From: Chitinophagales bacterium
Lineage (GTDB): Bacteria; Bacteroidota; Bacteroidia; Chitinophagales; JADIYW01
Length of the DNA stretch: 64,000 nt
Assembly (NCBI GenBank): GCA_035515235.1
Contig: DATJBS010000061.1
Location: 19,012-83,011 of the forward strand
Direction: 5' to 3'
In this document: positions 8,069 to 17,277 of the stretch, in pieces
Position numbering within the stretch: position 1 is the stretch's first letter
How the letters are laid out: every line of letters begins with the position of its first letter
Position numbers and translations under genes: made by a program
Notes under the pieces: generated by a model
Seen by the model: only the letters and a program-made list of their open reading frames with translations
What the model was told of the DNA's origin: nothing
Databases searched by the model: none

Positions 8069-10531
8069 TTAGAATTGGAAGTCTACTCTTAAAGCATATG
8101 TTAAAGGCGCTTCAACTAATCCTGGACGTAAAGAGTATTCTCTATTCATAACGTTATTGACAATAGCAGAAATTTTGTAACTATTATTATTTCTTTTGAA
8201 AGTATAACCTGCTCTTAGGTCTAATACGAAGTCACCTTTGTAACCACCTTTGTTATCAGGATCAAAATTATCCTTTTGTTTTGATTCTCTAAATTTTTGT
8301 AATTCGGGAATGATAATTTCAAATGAGTTATCAATGTTTTCCATGAAGCTGAAATACCTAGCAGATACACCGATATCAAATCCTCTTAAGTTCACATCCC
8401 ATGAACTTGTGAGCATATGTCGGAATCTGTACTTTAATACATTGTAGCTGCTTGTGCTACTAGAAGATGCTTTTTCTTCCCAATCTAAATAGGTAGGCAT
8501 TAAGTAAGTATAACCAATCATTAAAGTAGTAGGGAATTTCTTAGCAATTTTGCCTTCTCCTTGGATAGAAGTTTCTATTCCTAATATTTGTGTATTTCCT
8601 ACGTTTTGAGATTGAAATGCAACGATAAATGGTGCTATAACAGCATCAGAATTTGGATTGAACTCCATCATATTATAATACCTTGTAAAGAAACCTGCTA
8701 AATCAACAAATGCATTGAATTTTCCAATTTTAATACCTTGTTTAATGCCTATTTCAGCACTCATTCCTGTTTCAGACGATAAATCTGTATTTGGAACTAT
8801 TGCTGCAGTAGTACCTAAAGATGTTGAGATGAATTTTTCTGCAATAGTTGGGAATCTAAATCCTTGACCAAATGATGCTCTTATATATGTATATTCAGCA
8901 GCTTGATAATTCACACCTGCTCTAAATACTGGCTTAGTCTCAGCTTTAGTACTTGTAATTTGATAATGTTCTAAACGACCTCCTACGGAAACGTTTAATT
9001 TATCAAAGAACTTTTTATCTAATTGTAAGAAAAGTGCATAGTTTTTGCCTGACAGTTTATCATCACCTATTGTTCCATATAAAGGTGCTTCAACCATAAC
9101 ATAACTTGCTACTGCTCCAGTGGTCAAAGTTGTATTAGCTTTATCCCATCTTTTTTGATATTGGTACTCTCCGTAAAAGAAGTTAGAAAAGTTGCCTTGA
9201 TTATTTCCATTGTCATTATCTACTTTATACCAACGAGCTAAAATTTTGTGTTTATTGCCTTTGTCATCTTGAAAATTAAAGAAAGGGTCAATAGTAATTC
9301 TTTTTGCTTTTGTTATAGTAGGGTCCCCTGTTAGGTCTGCTGTTATATATTTATTGATTCCTTGAGTTCCATTCCACAAAAAGAAAGTACCACTTCTCCC
9401 TGCTTGAACATTTGCATTAATACCGAAATTAACTTTTTCACTTACACGATATCTTGTTTGAACGCTCACTCTACCTCTATGATCAAAACCATTATATTTG
9501 TGATCCTGACCAGAAACGATTTGTCCTCCTAATACTAAATCAAATTTTCCGAACTTTTGTCTGTGACCAAACGATAGTCCAGTCTGATAAGGTCTCGTTA
9601 ATCTTTTAGGATTAATAAATTCATAGTTACCTTTTGTTGAATCAGATGGGTCTGGATATGATACATTGACTAAAGTTGTGCTTTTTAGCTTATCACCCTC
9701 TTCATTATCAGTAGTTTTATTATAAAAAGTTTTAGCATCCATATTCCACCAATCTAATTTGTTACCATCTTCGTCTTTAGGAGTTGCAAACTGCGTTCCG
9801 TAAACAGATATTTTAGTGACAGGTTCATTAGTAGCATAAGCTGTTCTTACGTTGATAACTCCATTCATTGCTGATGAGCCATATAATGCTGAAGCAGCAC
9901 CTTTAATAATTTCAATTTGACCGATATTCTCAGTAGGTATAGAAGACCAGTTTGGGAATCCTGCATCTGCTTGAAGAATAGGTAAGTCATCTAATAGTAA
10001 TAATACTCTAGATCCCGCACCATAAGAATAACCTGCTCCTCCACGAATATTAACTTGTCCATCAATTACAGCAACACCAGGACTTCTTTCCACAGCATTG
10101 TCAATAGTAACCAAGTTTTGATTTTCAAGAACAGAAGGTTTGATTACATCTAAAGAAACGGTTTCTTCACCTAATTTCTTTTCAAATTTACTTGCAGATA
10201 CTACTATTGTTTCTAGAAGAGTAGCTTCTTCATTCATGTCAATATTGATAGTTCTAGTTTGACCATCAGATATTGTAACATTTTGTTCTTTAGTATCGTA
10301 TCCTAGGTAGGAGAATACTAAAGTTACATTTCCGCTTTTCACATTGAGGGAGAAATCTCCATCAAATCCAGTAGAAGTACCTGTCGTAGTGCCTCTCACT
10401 ACTACATTCACTCCAAATAGTAATTCTTGATTGCTTGCATCTTTTACAACTCCTTTAATAGTAGCATTTTGTGCGTAGGCTTGGAAGCTGACACTGCATA
10501 GTAAAATGACAATGAGTAAAATCTTTTTCAT
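8069..10531 (-). CDS. TonB-dependent receptor with N-terminal carboxypeptidase-regulatory-like domain
   Basis: Signal peptide; ATIKGVVKDASNQELLFGVNVVV (CarboxypepD_reg); plug region (IIKGAASALYGSSAMNGVINV); long beta-barrel ending in a terminal aromatic residue (...LRVDFQF). Confidence 0.9.
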   Translation of the reverse strand: MKKILLIVILLCSVSFQAYAQNATIKGVVKDASNQELLFGVNVVVRGTTTGTSTGFDGDFSLNVKSGNVTLVFSYLGYDTKEQNVTISDGQTRTINIDMNEEATLLETIVVSASKFEKKLGEETVSLDVIKPSVLENQNLVTIDNAVERSPGVAVIDGQVNIRGGAGYSYGAGSRVLLLLDDLPILQADAGFPNWSSIPTENIGQIEIIKGAASALYGSSAMNGVINVRTAYATNEPVTKISVYGTQFATPKDEDGNKLDWWNMDAKTFYNKTTDNEEGDKLKSTTLVNVSYPDPSDSTKGNYEFINPKRLTRPYQTGLSFGHRQKFGKFDLVLGGQIVSGQDHKYNGFDHRGRVSVQTRYRVSEKVNFGINANVQAGRSGTFFLWNGTQGINKYITADLTGDPTITKAKRITIDPFFNFQDDKGNKHKILARWYKVDNDNGNNQGNFSNFFYGEYQYQKRWDKANTTLTTGAVASYVMVEAPLYGTIGDDKLSGKNYALFLQLDKKFFDKLNVSVGGRLEHYQITSTKAETKPVFRAGVNYQAAEYTYIRASFGQGFRFPTIAEKFISTSLGTTAAIVPNTDLSSETGMSAEIGIKQGIKIGKFNAFVDLAGFFTRYYNMMEFNPNSDAVIAPFIVAFQSQNVGNTQILGIETSIQGEGKIAKKFPTTLMIGYTYLMPTYLDWEEKASSSSTSSYNVLKYRFRHMLTSSWDVNLRGFDIGVSARYFSFMENIDNSFEIIIPELQKFRESKQKDNFDPDNKGGYKGDFVLDLRAGYTFKRNNNSYKISAIVNNVMNREYSLRPGLVEAPLTYALRVDFQF

Positions 10532-10659
10532 TTATGAAATGTTTGATTATTGGTTGGATTGCGAATATATTAGAAAAACATTATTAAATGATAACTAATA
10601 GTACTTCTAAGAGAATTTTTTGATAAAGTTGGATAAAAAAGTAATTTTTTATTTATTGT

Positions 10660-10697
10660 ATAGACAATAAAAAGCCCTGTCAATTGACAAGGCTTTT
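10660..10697 (-). terminator. Hairpin terminator between the lipoprotein gene and the TonB-dependent receptor gene
   Basis: aaagccctgtcaattgacaaggcttt (10671-10696), flanked by an A-run on one side and a T-run on the other (bidirectional shape). Confidence 0.6.
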
Positions 10698-10715
10698 ATT
10701 TTTTAAATAATATTT

Positions 10716-11207
10716 CTATTGTTTTTTAAATGTTTTCTTAGTAGTAATTTTCTGATTTCTAATTGGAAATAATTTTTCAAGTATTTCTGGAACTTCACCA
10801 CTAGCACCTTCTACGTTCACACCTTCAAGGTTTACCGTTAAATCAGTATTGTTTTTCAATGTTCCCTTACCAGATTTTACATCAATACCAGTTAAAGAGA
10901 TTTCACCTGCACTAAATGAAGAAGCTTTGAAACCATCAAAAGTTGCTGTATTTCCATTTACTGTAGCTGTAAAGCTAGTATCTAATTTAGTACTTGCAAT
11001 TGAAATTCTATTTTCGTCTAATTTTGTAATCATTAAAGTGTCTTCAACTTCTAATAGACCAATAATTGAATAAGAACCATGATATGTTCCTACAAAATCA
11101 GATTTATCACCATCATCTTCTTTATCTTTGCTACATGATGTAACTCCTACAAAAGTACCCATTGCTAAGAAAGCAAATGCTAAAATGTTTGTTTTAATTT
11201 TTTTCAT
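10716..11207 (-). CDS. Hypothetical lipoprotein
   Basis: Lipobox FVGVTSC after a signal peptide; 163 aa; predicted beta-rich. Sits directly upstream of the TonB-dependent receptor on the same strand. Confidence 0.6.
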   Translation of the reverse strand: MKKIKTNILAFAFLAMGTFVGVTSCSKDKEDDGDKSDFVGTYHGSYSIIGLLEVEDTLMITKLDENRISIASTKLDTSFTATVNGNTATFDGFKASSFSAGEISLTGIDVKSGKGTLKNNTDLTVNLEGVNVEGASGEVPEILEKLFPIRNQKITTKKTFKKQ

Positions 11208-11367
11208 TTTGAATGTTAATTTTTAAGTGGTTGTTAAAGTTTTTATATCAAGTTGGTTTATTGATAAAGCAAACTTAATCATTTTGAACACTTATAGTAT
11301 GCATGCATGCAGTTTTTTTTGTTCCCTTGATAATTTTAGCATAAATTTATGAAAATATTGATTTAAC

Positions 11368-11841
11368 ATGAAGTCGATTCAACAATGGTTGGAAGAGTAC
11401 GGTGAAAGTCACCAAAATCCTAAGAATAAGCTAATTCATTGGGTTTGTGTCCCTATGATTTATTTTACTATAATAGGTCTATTGTATAGTATACCCATAC
11501 AGTTCGGTGAAATTGCAGGATTGAAAGTGAACATAGGTTCTATAATTGCTGTTCTAATATTTATATATTACTGTACACTTTCTTTAAAGATTGCTTTTGG
11601 TATGCTAATATTTACACTAATAAGTTTGTTCCTTTCTGAATTATTATTTCAAGTGACAGGAGGGTATATTGGATTAGCTATTACTTGTATTGTATTGTTT
11701 ATCATTTCTTGGATTTTCCAGTTTTGGGGACACGAAATTGAAGGTAAAAAGCCATCCTTTATAAAGGACTTGCAATATTTGATGATAGGCCCTGCGTGGG
11801 TCATATCTTTTTTCTATAAAAAAATGGGCATTCAACTATAA
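11368..11841 (+). CDS. DUF962 (Mpo1/YGL010w-like) membrane protein
   Basis: N-terminal YGESHQNPKNKLIHWVCVPMI and later GHEIEGKKPSF match the conserved His/Asn/His...GHxxE..kP pattern I associate with DUF962. About 4 TM segments. Confidence 0.65.
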   Translation: MKSIQQWLEEYGESHQNPKNKLIHWVCVPMIYFTIIGLLYSIPIQFGEIAGLKVNIGSIIAVLIFIYYCTLSLKIAFGMLIFTLISLFLSELLFQVTGGYIGLAITCIVLFIISWIFQFWGHEIEGKKPSFIKDLQYLMIGPAWVISFFYKKMGIQL

Positions 11842-11857
11842 AATTAAAACTTATCCA

Positions 11858-13273
11858 ATGAGTACTAATACATTATCTAATCCTACTACTTCAGTATTTA
11901 ATGCGTCAGCCATAGTACAGAATCAAAGAGCTTTTTTCAATACAGGAAAGACAAAATCTGTTGAGTTTAGAATAGAACAATTGCAAAAATTGAGGAATCT
12001 AATCGTTCAAAATGAAAAGGCCATCATTAAAGCTTTGCACGATGACTTAAGGAAGTCAGAATTAGAATCTTACGCAACTGAGGTCGGAATTGTTTTAGTG
12101 GAGCTAGATGATATGTTGAAGAATATCAAATCTTGGTCAAAAAAGCAAAGAGTGAAAACACCGCTTTTTCATCAATTGGGCACAAGTTGGAGATATCCAG
12201 AACCTTATGGAGTGACTTATATTATCTCACCATGGAATTATCCTTTCCAATTATTGATAGCACCATTAATTGGAGCAATAGGCGCAGGAAATACTGCTAT
12301 TCTAAAACCTTCTGAATTAGCAGAAAGTACTGCAAGTTTAGTTTTGAAAATGATTTCTGAGAATTTTGATGAAGGTTTCATTAAAGTGGTTACGGGTGGA
12401 GTAGAAGAAAGCAAAGCCATGTTAGAACAAAGGTTTGACTACATATTCTTTACTGGTGGCACTGAAATCGGTAGGTACGTATATATGGCAGCAGCTAAAT
12501 ATTTAACGCCGGTTACTTTAGAATTAGGTGGCAAAAGTCCTTGTATTGTAGATGAAGACATTCAATTGACTCATACCTCTAGAAGAATTCTTTGGGGTAA
12601 ATTTACTAATGCCGGTCAAACTTGCGTTGCTCCAGATTATTTATTAGTCAATAAGAAAATAAAATCTAAACTCATTGATAAGATGAAAGAACATCTTCAA
12701 GAGTTTTATGGTGAAGACCCTTCTACAAGTCCTGATTATGGAAGAATCATCTCAGATCGACATTTTGATAGAGTTTCTAGATTGATAGATTCCTCAAAAG
12801 TAATTGTAGGTGGTCAAACCAATAAAAGCGATAAATATATTGCTCCAACAATAATAGAAGGAGTTTCTTTAGAAGATAAAGTCATGCAGGAAGAAATTTT
12901 CGGTCCCGTTTTGCCTATTATAGAATATGATCATTTAGATGATGCAATAGCTTATGTAAAGCAATTTGAAAAACCTTTAGCACTATATGTTTATTCAGAA
13001 AACTCTAACATTCAAAATAGAGTGATGAATGAATTGTCATTTGGTGGTGGATGTATTAACGAATCTGTAATGCATGTAGGTCAAGGTCATTTGCCATTTG
13101 GAGGAGTAGGAGAGAGTGGAATGGGTGCTTATCACGGGAAGTCCTCCTTTGAAACCTTTTCACACTATAAGAGCGTATTGAAAAAATCTACTTTGACAGA
13201 TATGCCTATCAAATACCCACCATACAAAAACAATGTTGGAATCATTAAAAAACTAATGGCTTGGTTGAGTTAA
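11858..13273 (+). CDS. Aldehyde dehydrogenase, class 3 (fatty/aromatic aldehyde type)
   Basis: ELGGKSP, catalytic Cys context FTNAGQTCVAPDY, EEIFGPVLP. About 470 aa with a class-3 style N-terminus (RIEQLQKLRNLIVQNEKAIIKALHDDLRKS). Confidence 0.9.
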   Translation: MSTNTLSNPTTSVFNASAIVQNQRAFFNTGKTKSVEFRIEQLQKLRNLIVQNEKAIIKALHDDLRKSELESYATEVGIVLVELDDMLKNIKSWSKKQRVKTPLFHQLGTSWRYPEPYGVTYIISPWNYPFQLLIAPLIGAIGAGNTAILKPSELAESTASLVLKMISENFDEGFIKVVTGGVEESKAMLEQRFDYIFFTGGTEIGRYVYMAAAKYLTPVTLELGGKSPCIVDEDIQLTHTSRRILWGKFTNAGQTCVAPDYLLVNKKIKSKLIDKMKEHLQEFYGEDPSTSPDYGRIISDRHFDRVSRLIDSSKVIVGGQTNKSDKYIAPTIIEGVSLEDKVMQEEIFGPVLPIIEYDHLDDAIAYVKQFEKPLALYVYSENSNIQNRVMNELSFGGGCINESVMHVGQGHLPFGGVGESGMGAYHGKSSFETFSHYKSVLKKSTLTDMPIKYPPYKNNVGIIKKLMAWLS

Positions 13274-13328
13274 TATTTTGACTGATTTTTTGATAAATAA
13301 ATTCTATTAAATTAATTTAAACAATTCT

Positions 13329-13410
13329 GCCATTCTGAATGAGGCGTTAGCAGAGTGAAGAATCTCTTAATTATGTTTCTTTTAGAGATTTCTCCTACTT
13401 CGAAATGACA
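13329..13410. repeat. Dispersed copy of the palindromic-unit pair seen at 324-1296 (REP-like)
   Basis: gccattctgaatgaggcgttagcagagtgaagaatctc plus agagatttctcctacttcgaaatgaca are degenerate versions of the gtcatcctgaa...gaaggatctc and gagattcctccttcgtcggaatgaca modules, here in the opposite order. Confidence 0.7.
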
Positions 13411-13451
13411 CACTTTAAAAATTGTTCTTAATTTGATTAAAATAAATTTAG

Positions 13452-13490
13452 GCTCTTGAAGAAATTTCTTTGAGAGCTTTTTTTATTTTT
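13452..13490 (+). terminator. Rho-independent terminator after the aldehyde dehydrogenase gene
   Basis: gctcttgaag...ctttgagagc stem (with G-U pairs), followed by ttttttattttt. Confidence 0.6.
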
Positions 13491-13593
13491 AAAAATTTGA
13501 TTTTCTAGTTTACAAAATCAATAGTATTCAATTGAAATAAAAAGAATATTGTGTATTTTGAGTTATTAGTAAGCGAGAAGATTAAATATTGAT

Positions 13594-14430
13594 ATGAAAT
13601 TTTATACTATAGAAACCGGTTTATTCAAATTAGATGGTGGTGCAATGTTCGGCGTTGTTCCAAAAACAATGTGGGAAAAACTCAATCCACCTGACGAGAA
13701 TAATATGTGTACTTGGGCTTCTAGATGTATGTTGATAGAAACTGGAAATAGAGTAGTATTGATTGACACAGGATTAGGAGATAAACAAGATGCTAAATTC
13801 AAATCTCACTTTCATCCACATGGAGAGGATAACTTGATCAGCTCTCTGGCAAAACACGGATTTACTCCTGAAGATATTACCGATGTAATTTTGACACATC
13901 TACATTTTGATCATTGTGGTGGAGCAGTCAAATTGAATACAGATAATAAGTTAGTGCTTACTTTTCCGAACGCAACCTATTGGTCTTCTTCAGAACATTG
14001 GAAATGGGCTAACAATCCCAATCCTAAAGAAAAAGCATCTTTCCTAAAAGAAAATTTTTGGACAATTTATGAATCTGGTCAGTTGAAATTTACTGATCAA
14101 GAAGAAATTGGTATCGAATCAATAGAAATAGAATATGTATATGGACATACAGAAGCTATGCAAATAGTACATATTTATAATGATGGTCCGACTGTTACCT
14201 TTGTTTCAGATTTGATTCCAAGCCATCATCACGTAAGATTGCCTTATATACTAGCTTATGACGTGAGACCTTTGGCTACTATGCAAGAGAAATCTCGGAT
14301 TTTAGAAACTGCTTATGAGAATCAGCATATTTTATTTTTTCAACATGATCCTGTAGTAGAATGTTGCAAATTAGATAGAAATGAAAGAGGGATATTTGTT
14401 TCTGAAACTTTAAAGCTATCTGATCTTTAG
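13594..14430 (+). CDS. MBL fold metallo-hydrolase
   Basis: HLHFDHCGG (HxHxDH) zinc motif, plus later GHT and DLIPSHHH ligand regions. Confidence 0.85.
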   Translation: MKFYTIETGLFKLDGGAMFGVVPKTMWEKLNPPDENNMCTWASRCMLIETGNRVVLIDTGLGDKQDAKFKSHFHPHGEDNLISSLAKHGFTPEDITDVILTHLHFDHCGGAVKLNTDNKLVLTFPNATYWSSSEHWKWANNPNPKEKASFLKENFWTIYESGQLKFTDQEEIGIESIEIEYVYGHTEAMQIVHIYNDGPTVTFVSDLIPSHHHVRLPYILAYDVRPLATMQEKSRILETAYENQHILFFQHDPVVECCKLDRNERGIFVSETLKLSDL

Positions 14431-15620
14431 TTCATGATATCTTTTCTGAACTCAATCCTAAAAGTCGTTCCTTTTCCTAAAATGGATTCTTTGACGATGA
14501 TTTTTCCTTTGTGATATTCTTCTATAATTCTTTTAGATAAGGTAAGTCCCAATCCCCAACCTCTTTTCTTTGTAGAAAAACCAGGTTCAAAAATAGATTT
14601 GATTTTATGAGATTCTATTCCTTTGCCAGTGTCTGAAATATCTATTCTTAATACACCGCTGATATTATCAATCAATACCGTGATTTTCCCTTCTCCTTGC
14701 ATGGCATCTAAAGCATTTTTAATTAAGTTCTCTAGTACCCATTCAAATAAAGAGGCATTCAACATGGCGAAATTGTCACCTTCTGTTTGATCGATAACTT
14801 TAAATTCAACACTTTTTGCAGCTCTTTTGCTCATGTAGTCGACTATCTTTTCGATGACTAAAGTGACATCTGTCGGAGCTAGTGTTGGTTTGGAGCCAAT
14901 TTTTGAAAAACGTTCTGCTACAATTTCTAACCTGCCGATATCTTTTTTTAATTCATCAATTATAAATGCATCTTCTGTACCTTCAAATTTAGGTTCTAAA
15001 AATTCCACCCAAGCACTCAAAGACGATATAGGAGTGCCTAGCTGATGTGCTGTTTCTTTGGCCATCCCTGCCCAAAGTTGATTTTGTAATGCAGTCCGTG
15101 ATAAAGAGACCGCCACCAAAGCGATAATTAAAAATATAAAGACAAGTGAAAAAATAAGATAAGGATAGATGCGTACCATTTTCAATAGCTTGGAGGCATC
15201 GTAATATAATAACTGAGGCTCTTCATTGGGATTTATTCGAAACTCTACAACTTGCCCGTCCTTTTTTAATTTGTTTAAATAGTTTTTAAGATCTATCGTG
15301 TCTTCTAAGATACTTTTGTTTTGTAAATTTTTTGAATCGAATAAATCATTTTCGTAAGAAGTCCAGATGACGGGGATGGTTTGATTTTCTCTTGTTAATT
15401 TGAGTGCTTCGTTAATTTCGTATTCATCAGAAGAGGATACCAGGACTTGATAAGCTTTCGCCATTTCTTGAACTCTATTTTTCTCGTCTTTTTCTATGGT
15501 TCTTGCAAGATGATAGGTGAATATTAGCGAGAAAAGAATGATAACCGAGGCGCAGCCCATTAAGAGTAATCTCCAGAATTTTCTCTGTGAATATAAATCT
15601 TTGGCTTTCCTGACGACCAT
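14427..15620 (-). CDS. Sensor histidine kinase (two TM segments, periplasmic loop; orphan)
   Basis: H-box ETAHQLGTPISSL, N-box LIKNALDA, G-boxes DTGKGI and GWGLGL. TM helices near aa 17-37 and 150-172. No response regulator adjacent. Confidence 0.9.
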   Translation of the reverse strand: MVVRKAKDLYSQRKFWRLLLMGCASVIILFSLIFTYHLARTIEKDEKNRVQEMAKAYQVLVSSSDEYEINEALKLTRENQTIPVIWTSYENDLFDSKNLQNKSILEDTIDLKNYLNKLKKDGQVVEFRINPNEEPQLLYYDASKLLKMVRIYPYLIFSLVFIFLIIALVAVSLSRTALQNQLWAGMAKETAHQLGTPISSLSAWVEFLEPKFEGTEDAFIIDELKKDIGRLEIVAERFSKIGSKPTLAPTDVTLVIEKIVDYMSKRAAKSVEFKVIDQTEGDNFAMLNASLFEWVLENLIKNALDAMQGEGKITVLIDNISGVLRIDISDTGKGIESHKIKSIFEPGFSTKKRGWGLGLTLSKRIIEEYHKGKIIVKESILGKGTTFRIEFRKDIMN

Positions 15621-15687
15621 ATTAGCTAAATATAAGAGTATAGAATTAAAATTCTAAAGAAATAATTTAAAAAAAGTGATTTGGATA

Positions 15688-15717
15688 TTGACGAAGATAA
15701 AAAGAATCGTATATTCG
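15688..15717 (+). promoter_or_regulatory. Putative Bacteroidota sigma-A promoter for tRNA-Val (TTG-N19-tatattcg)
   Basis: TTG at 15688-15690, a 19-nt spacer, then tatattcg at 15710-17 (TAnnTTTG with one mismatch). Lies about 55 nt upstream of the tRNA. An 8-bp hairpin (ttgagcaa/ttgctcaa, 15728-15754) sits in the leader. Confidence 0.4.
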
Positions 15718-15772
15718 CACTCGCAATTGAGCAATGATGAATTTCTTGCTCAAAGTTCTTAAGAAAATGTGA

Positions 15773-15847
15773 GGGCGCATAGCTCAGCTGGTTCAGAGCA
15801 CCTGCCTTACAAGCAGGGGGTCACAGGTTCGAATCCTGTTGTGCCCA
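15773..15847 (+). tRNA. tRNA-Val (anticodon TAC)
   Basis: Cloverleaf by eye: acceptor GGGCGCA/TGTGCCC (one G-U), D-arm AGCTCAGCTGGTTCAGAGC, anticodon stem-loop CCTGC-CTTACAA-GCAGG, T-arm ACAGGTTCGAATCCTGT, discriminator A. CCA is not encoded. Confidence 0.93.
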
Positions 15848-15848
15848 C

Positions 15849-15887
15849 AAAAAAAGGGATGTATTATTTGATACATCCCTTTTTTTA
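15849..15887. terminator. Bidirectional hairpin terminator between tRNA-Val and the convergent methyltransferase gene
   Basis: agggatgtat...atacatccct 10-bp stem (15855-15880), flanked by an A-run on the left and a T-run on the right. Confidence 0.75.
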
Positions 15888-15889
15888 TT

Positions 15890-17116
15890 TTAAGCCTTTT
15901 CTAAGACAGCCACATAAAATCCATCTCCATCTAATTGGAATGGGAAAATATATTCTTCTTGCTTTAATTGGAATGAAGGGTGAGATGCTAAGAACTTCTC
16001 AATTTGCTCTGAATTTTCACTTTTTAAAATACTGCAAGTAGCGTACACAATTCTACCTTTGGCTCGTACTAAAGAGGCACTTTGACTTAAAATCTCTTGC
16101 TGAGTTTCTAAAATAGTCGGTAATTGACTTTGCTGAAATCTAAATTTCAAATCCGGTTGTCTTCTAATGGTTCCTATTCCACTACAAGGAGCGTCAATGA
16201 AAACCACATCGGCCATTAAATTTTTATTCTTTATGATAGATTCATTAGAAATGATTTCTAAGTTTTTAACTCCAGCTTTCTTTGCTCTTTTCTCCAAATG
16301 AGTCAATCGTGAAATATCAATATCTGAAGCAATCAATCTGCCTTCATTTTTCATAAGACTGCAGATCTGTAAGGTTTTTCCGCCTTTGCCAGCACAGAAA
16401 TCTACTACAACTTGCTCAGGATGTATTCCTGCTTGTTTGATGATATACTGAGATCCGATATCTTGAAATTCAAATAAGCCTTCTTTAAACGCTTGCGATT
16501 GTCTGAGCTGATTATTATTATTAATTCTAATAGCGCCACCCACTTGAGCATCATATTCAAAGTCGATTTTCAGTCTTTCTAGTTCGCTATTTAGTTTTTG
16601 AGCGGTAGTTTTTAAGCTGTTATATCTAATATATACTGGAGCAGGCTGATCTAATGACTCAATAATAACTGAAGCTTCTTCTCCCCAATCTTTTACTATC
16701 TCGTCATACATCCAAGATTGAATGCTATGTTGAATGTTTTTTGGGATATCTGTAAGTGATTTGATTTGGCTTTCTAACTCTTCGGAACATTCTACTTTTG
16801 AAGAAAAGTTTTCATCCATCAACATCGTTAAAAATATAAGTAGGTGAATTTTATTTTCTTTAGTGTCTTCAAATTCTTCATCCCATATTTGCTCAGAAAT
16901 ATAAGAGTATAGAATATAGTTTCTTGTTAAAGTATAAATTATTCTTGTAGTAATTTTCCTATCTCTCGATCCCCATGAAGGATGAGATTTTAGCATATTA
17001 TTGACTGCTTTGTCAGAATAACTATTTTCAAAAAGGATTTCTTTTAAACAATTTTGAATGCCTGTAATCAAAGCATTCGGTAATTTTATTTGAAATATTG
17101 TAGTTGGATTTTTCAC
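15890..17116 (-). CDS. RsmB/NOP2/Sun family SAM-dependent RNA (m5C) methyltransferase
   Basis: FCAGKGGKT SAM-binding loop, DAPCSGIGTIRRQPD (motif IV Cys), YATCS (motif VI Cys). GTG start at 17116. Confidence 0.85.
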   Translation of the reverse strand: MKNPTTIFQIKLPNALITGIQNCLKEILFENSYSDKAVNNMLKSHPSWGSRDRKITTRIIYTLTRNYILYSYISEQIWDEEFEDTKENKIHLLIFLTMLMDENFSSKVECSEELESQIKSLTDIPKNIQHSIQSWMYDEIVKDWGEEASVIIESLDQPAPVYIRYNSLKTTAQKLNSELERLKIDFEYDAQVGGAIRINNNNQLRQSQAFKEGLFEFQDIGSQYIIKQAGIHPEQVVVDFCAGKGGKTLQICSLMKNEGRLIASDIDISRLTHLEKRAKKAGVKNLEIISNESIIKNKNLMADVVFIDAPCSGIGTIRRQPDLKFRFQQSQLPTILETQQEILSQSASLVRAKGRIVYATCSILKSENSEQIEKFLASHPSFQLKQEEYIFPFQLDGDGFYVAVLEKA

Positions 17117-17277
17117 ACAACAAAACTAATGTTTTATATATCGTAATGTTTCAAGTATTGAATTATTAAAATCAGAAATTTTATTTCGCTTAATATCTTC
17201 TTTTTATTCTAATTCATTGAGTTACATCATCATTGCCGATTTTTATCCTTATATTTATTTTATCTATTTACAGATGT

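Noticed and set aside
10532-10715. A possible cobalamin or other riboswitch, or a Fur box, upstream of the TonB-dependent receptor.
   Set aside because: The spacer is very AT-rich, has no B12-box-like GC-rich core or multi-stem structure, and has no convincing palindromic operator.
15773-15887. tRNA-Val as an integration site for a genomic island or prophage.
   Set aside because: There is no integrase, no direct repeat of the tRNA 3' end, and no foreign-looking genes on either side. The next gene is a housekeeping rRNA methyltransferase.
15769-16041. A 90-aa ORF starting at the tRNA.
   Set aside because: It overlaps the tRNA-Val gene, the terminator and the 3' end of the methyltransferase gene on the other strand, so it is spurious.
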